A stretch of DNA of 64,000 nucleotides, taken from Phallusia mammillata. Its lineage: Eukaryota. Location: contig OZ281500.1 of assembly GCA_965637545.1 (NCBI GenBank), positions 2,914,001-2,978,000 of the forward strand. Direction: 5' to 3'. Below the pieces are notes generated by a model, which saw only the letters and a list, made by a program, of their open reading frames with translations, ran no database searches and was not told where the DNA came from. The first letter of the stretch is position 1. Every line of letters begins with the position of its first letter. A program made the position numbers and the translations under genes. Positions 60,701 through 64,000 of the stretch are shown here, in pieces.

Positions 60701-62613
60701 AGCTCAACGTAATTCTACGTCACGTCACATTACTGTTTATCGTCATCTTTATCAAAAGAACGTCGACCTATCTCAATCGAACGACATTTGGACAAATCAA
60801 AGATTTGATGTCATCTCCACAACACCGAATCACGATCGAATCAAAATCAACAACGTTCAACAACTGGTCATCAAGAATGAACAACAAACAATCAAAACGA
60901 AAAGACACTCGCGACTGGAACGAACCAAGAAGCAGATGGCAAAGAATCACACATGTCAAAATCGACATAAATCGGAAAAACACTTTTCGGCGGGGTGGCC
61001 TGTGTGGAGTATCGTGTATTGAAGTTATACATAAGCGCGTATATTATCGTACGAGTGTCTGTGATTGCATGAACGTTTTATTTCGTCATCGTCACCTTTT
61101 CAGTACTCGACCTTAAATGCCAGTTGTCGCTGTTTAACACCTTAAACACAATTGTACAGTTGCGTCATCGTCACCTTGCCACTATATACGTTCACGTGTG
61201 TTGTAACGATACCAGAGGAGAGTAAGAGACAAGCTCTCTCTCTACGAGAGACGCTAACATCTCTCTCTCACTTAGGACAGAACGTATAACTCTCTTAACG
61301 CAATAAACTAACTTCAAGGTTAAAACGCCGTCTTCCTTGTTGGACTAAGCCCAGACAAGCAGTAGCTCAGATAGCCAGGGACTTATAAACATCTACAGCG
61401 AAATATACATCTGTAGTAATAAGTACGACGTCATCAGGACCAATAGCCCCTACACTAACAGTTATGTCTAATTTTAAACACACAAATCGTGGAAATTTTT
61501 TAAACCTGTACTGCAGAACTGGCAGTTTTGTGGGTCTTCAGAAATACGATGTTTTTTCTTTGCGTGCATTTTGGGTTTTCTTCGGCTGGTATCGAATTCT
61601 GTTCTGAGCTACTTTTGCTAAAAAGAAAAAAGACTTAGTCGGGCCAGGCCTTCAAAGTTAAGTTTAAATAAAATAGACTTTATTTGGACCTGACTTTACA
61701 CTCGGCATTTTCTACACAATTTCACAAAAGTTTATCTAACTTATTTGCTTCAAACATTTTTACACAAAAAATAAATATTATTACACAAAAAATCATTCCT
61801 CTGAGTGTAAGACGTAAACATTTATTTTGGTTTTAAGTCCGGTTTTACTTGATTTAGTCTTTTTAATAATTCAGTAGCAGTTGCATGGGTTGTAATTTCG
61901 TAAAAGACAAATGTGTCAAATTTGATACGTTTTATTTACGATGGTTGACTTTGTGCTAGTACCCGATATAAAGTGGCGAAATTCTTTTTTTATCGGACTT
62001 AAAGGACTCAGACTGCATTGAACTCGGACTTGGACCTAAACTTGAACTAAAAAATGAGCAAGTTCAATGCCCTTTATCACAATGTTTTATTATGTTCAAT
62101 AATGAAAAACTCACAGTAACTTTTTAGATATCTCGGCTGTGTACTTGTTTTTATCCGCCGTCGATGTTTCCACTTCAAACACTGGAGAAGCTTTGTCTGC
62201 CAAATGGCTGGTGGTAAAACTAAAATAGAAAAGTTTTAAAAAATGAGCAAAAATTTTGAGGAATTCTGTAAATGGTTGGAAACCGTATCCGCGAAACATA
62301 GTTCTTTTGTCATTTAGTGTTAGATTCAACCGCATATTTTTATTATGCTGCTTTAAATTTTTAATCACTACTTTTCCATAAAATCTAAAACACTGACCTT
62401 GAATTAAGCTTTGTGAAATTTGTTAAAATGTTTCAATTCTAGGCACTGTTTTGGAAGCATGGCATATACACCAGACAAATTCTTGTTTTTGTCTTACCTC
62501 ATTCGTTTTAGATGGCTTAACTTGTAATTGGTATAGTAGAGAAGGATGCAAATCAACAGAGACACAGCAAAGAATTTACATTTTCGGGTTGAAAAATAGC
62601 AGTTCACTAGCAT
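54707..62613 (-). CDS. GAL3ST: Galactose-3-O-sulfotransferase (GAL3ST family), complete, 5 coding exons, 430 aa
   Basis: Exons 62613-62498, 62219-62115, 61617-61506, 59664-59550 and 55551-54707 splice in frame. TM anchor FFAVSLLICILLYY; 5'-PSB NIVFLKTHKTASSAVQNILLRYG; FNILCHHMRY; 3'-PB FSIMREP...FES. Confidence 0.92.
56407..56458 (+). ncRNA. Canonical type I hammerhead ribozyme (predicted cleavage after GUC at 56451)
   Basis: Stem I agctgca/tgcagct; CUGAUGA; stem II gacc-ttata-ggtc; GAAA; stem III cagt-gtgc-actg; UC. All core nucleotides are present. Confidence 0.9.
56909..57076. repeat. Fold-back (inverted repeat) element
   Basis: ACATATGTGTCCGGACCTT...GAGTAGCCTG and CAGGCTACTC...AAGGTCCGGACACGTATGT arms. 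Confidence 0.7.
57484..58877. mobile_element. 1.4-kb hAT-type non-autonomous element built of ATTCGAAT(A) repeats
   Basis: TIR CAGACATGGGG; perfect 8-bp TSD GCTAAGAC; dozens of TTCGAA/TTCATGAA motifs inside. Confidence 0.85.
59940..61397 (+). mobile_element. Internally deleted LTR retroelement in GAL3ST intron 3
   Basis: A partial 5' LTR at 59940-~60080 repeats at 61003-~61142. A G-rich PPT precedes 61003 and the LTR ends ...CTACA. Flanks GCTAA/GCGAA. Confidence 0.65.
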
Positions 62614-63536
62614 TTTTCCTTTTTGTAAGCTTACTAGTCAATTATTTCAAAGTTCACAGTAAAACAAACTAATGCTAGCTTACAATTCATGCGACTTGAA
62701 ACAAAACAAAGTTACAGCCCCAACCGAACACATTGATTAGCTTGTCTGTTTGTTGTCCTATTTCCACTTATTATAATGATTAAGTTTAACAATTACTGTT
62801 AGGTATAATTGCAACCTTAGCCAAAATGTTGATTAGATATACAAAACTTATTCTTAGCACAAACGTCAGGCCCACACGCCTGGGCAATGTTCATAAAAAT
62901 GCCAGTCATTTGTAACTGGCTACTTTTTGTTCAAAACCAAACATTTCTTTTATCTCCACTTTGCAATATTCACGAAAAGTTAAAACCCTGCAATGGCAGT
63001 GTATGTTTAAAACTTTATTGTATCAAAAAAGATTGCCACCGACATACATGTGTGCCAATAATATAGACTTAAAAATAAACTAGTAACATAAATTTAAGTG
63101 CTGGTGGGTCTGTGTTATACTATTACCAGCCCAATCCCAAATATTGCTATAACCAACACCAGGTATACACATGTGGTTCAATACATGCAACGTTTAGGTA
63201 ATGAGTCAGTATTAAAATCAAAACTATAAACGGTAGCGTACGGTTCCAACCCGAGTTGTAGGTCGGGCCAGGTTCGTACATAGCTAAGTAACCAGTTGCT
63301 GATGGACCTGACCTAATGTCAAACAGTCCTGAAACGCCTTGTTCAAGACGAATTGTCTGTTACCTAAGCACAATGTAACTTATAGTTAATCAAACTTTCG
63401 GGTCTAAGCGGGCTTCCCCAAAACGATTAGGGTCCGGCCCGGGTTCGGGTCGGGTTTGGGCTCTAATTTCAGGCTCGTTTACAACTAAGGTTCCAACTTA
63501 ACCGGAACAACTTTATTGTAACCGGTAGCCTACATT

Positions 63537-63716
63537 CAGTGGTGAGATTCAAATTTTTTTGTCAGCAGGTTCTATCATAAAGTCATATTTTGCAGCCGGT
63601 TCTGTTACTAAAAGTCCATTGACAGTAACCATTAATGCTAACCGGTTCGCTGATCTCATAAAATTTCGTGAGACGGTTCTGTACAACAGGTGCGAACCGG
63701 CTGAATCCCACCACTG
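63537..63716. mobile_element. hAT-type MITE upstream of GAL3ST
   Basis: CAGTGGTG(A/G)GATTCA TIRs; perfect 8-bp TSD CCTACATT. Confidence 0.88.
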
Positions 63717-64000
63717 CCTACATTACAAAACAGGTTTGTCTTGTCCAAAATCAAAGGGACATGTAGATGTTAGTGTAATTGTACAAGCACTGCTTTACAT
63801 ATACCATCTAATGATCTTTAGGCAGACTTAGTGTCCAATTTGAATGCCTCAACCTCCAATTAAAACGGCTTTCGTTAATATTACCTAAATGAAAACATCA
63901 TTAGTGGCACATTATCAAACTGGGAAAATAAGAAATCTAAATTAAAAAATACCTACGCTTTGATCTGTAGGCTACATCAACACGACAATTCATCCGTTTA

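Overview
Animal (not prokaryotic) genomic DNA, very probably an ascidian tunicate: it contains exact copies of the 16-nt Ciona-type spliced leader ATTCTATTTGAATAAG. I reconstructed three spliced Golgi glyco-enzyme genes by hand from splice sites and reading-frame phases. Two are tandem GT32/DxD alpha-1,4-glycosyltransferase-like paralogues on + (copy 1 is 5'-incomplete in the window; copy 2 is complete, 418 aa). The third is a convergent GAL3ST-family galactose-3-O-sulfotransferase on - (430 aa). Introns and intergenic DNA are packed with nested mobile elements: three BEL/Pao elements, a CsRn1-like Gypsy, a Mag-like Gypsy, a full-length L1/Tx1-like LINE, a decayed LINE, Penelope-like RT remnants, solo or deleted LTRs, and hAT and Harbinger MITEs. 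The main unexpected signals are five. (1) The host spliced leader is embedded in the LTRs of two unrelated LTR families (once per LTR in a BEL element, four tandem copies in a solo LTR), suggesting retroelements adapted to trans-splicing. (2) That BEL element has no recognisable tRNA PBS but has a 10-nt complement to its own LTR. (3) A canonical type I hammerhead ribozyme and a core-mutant sister copy are present. (4) An HP1 chromodomain mRNA fragment is retro-inserted into a Gypsy. (5) A LINE ORF1 carries a long Cys-rich C-terminal extension. Coordinates were counted by eye and may be off by a few bases; no database searches were run.
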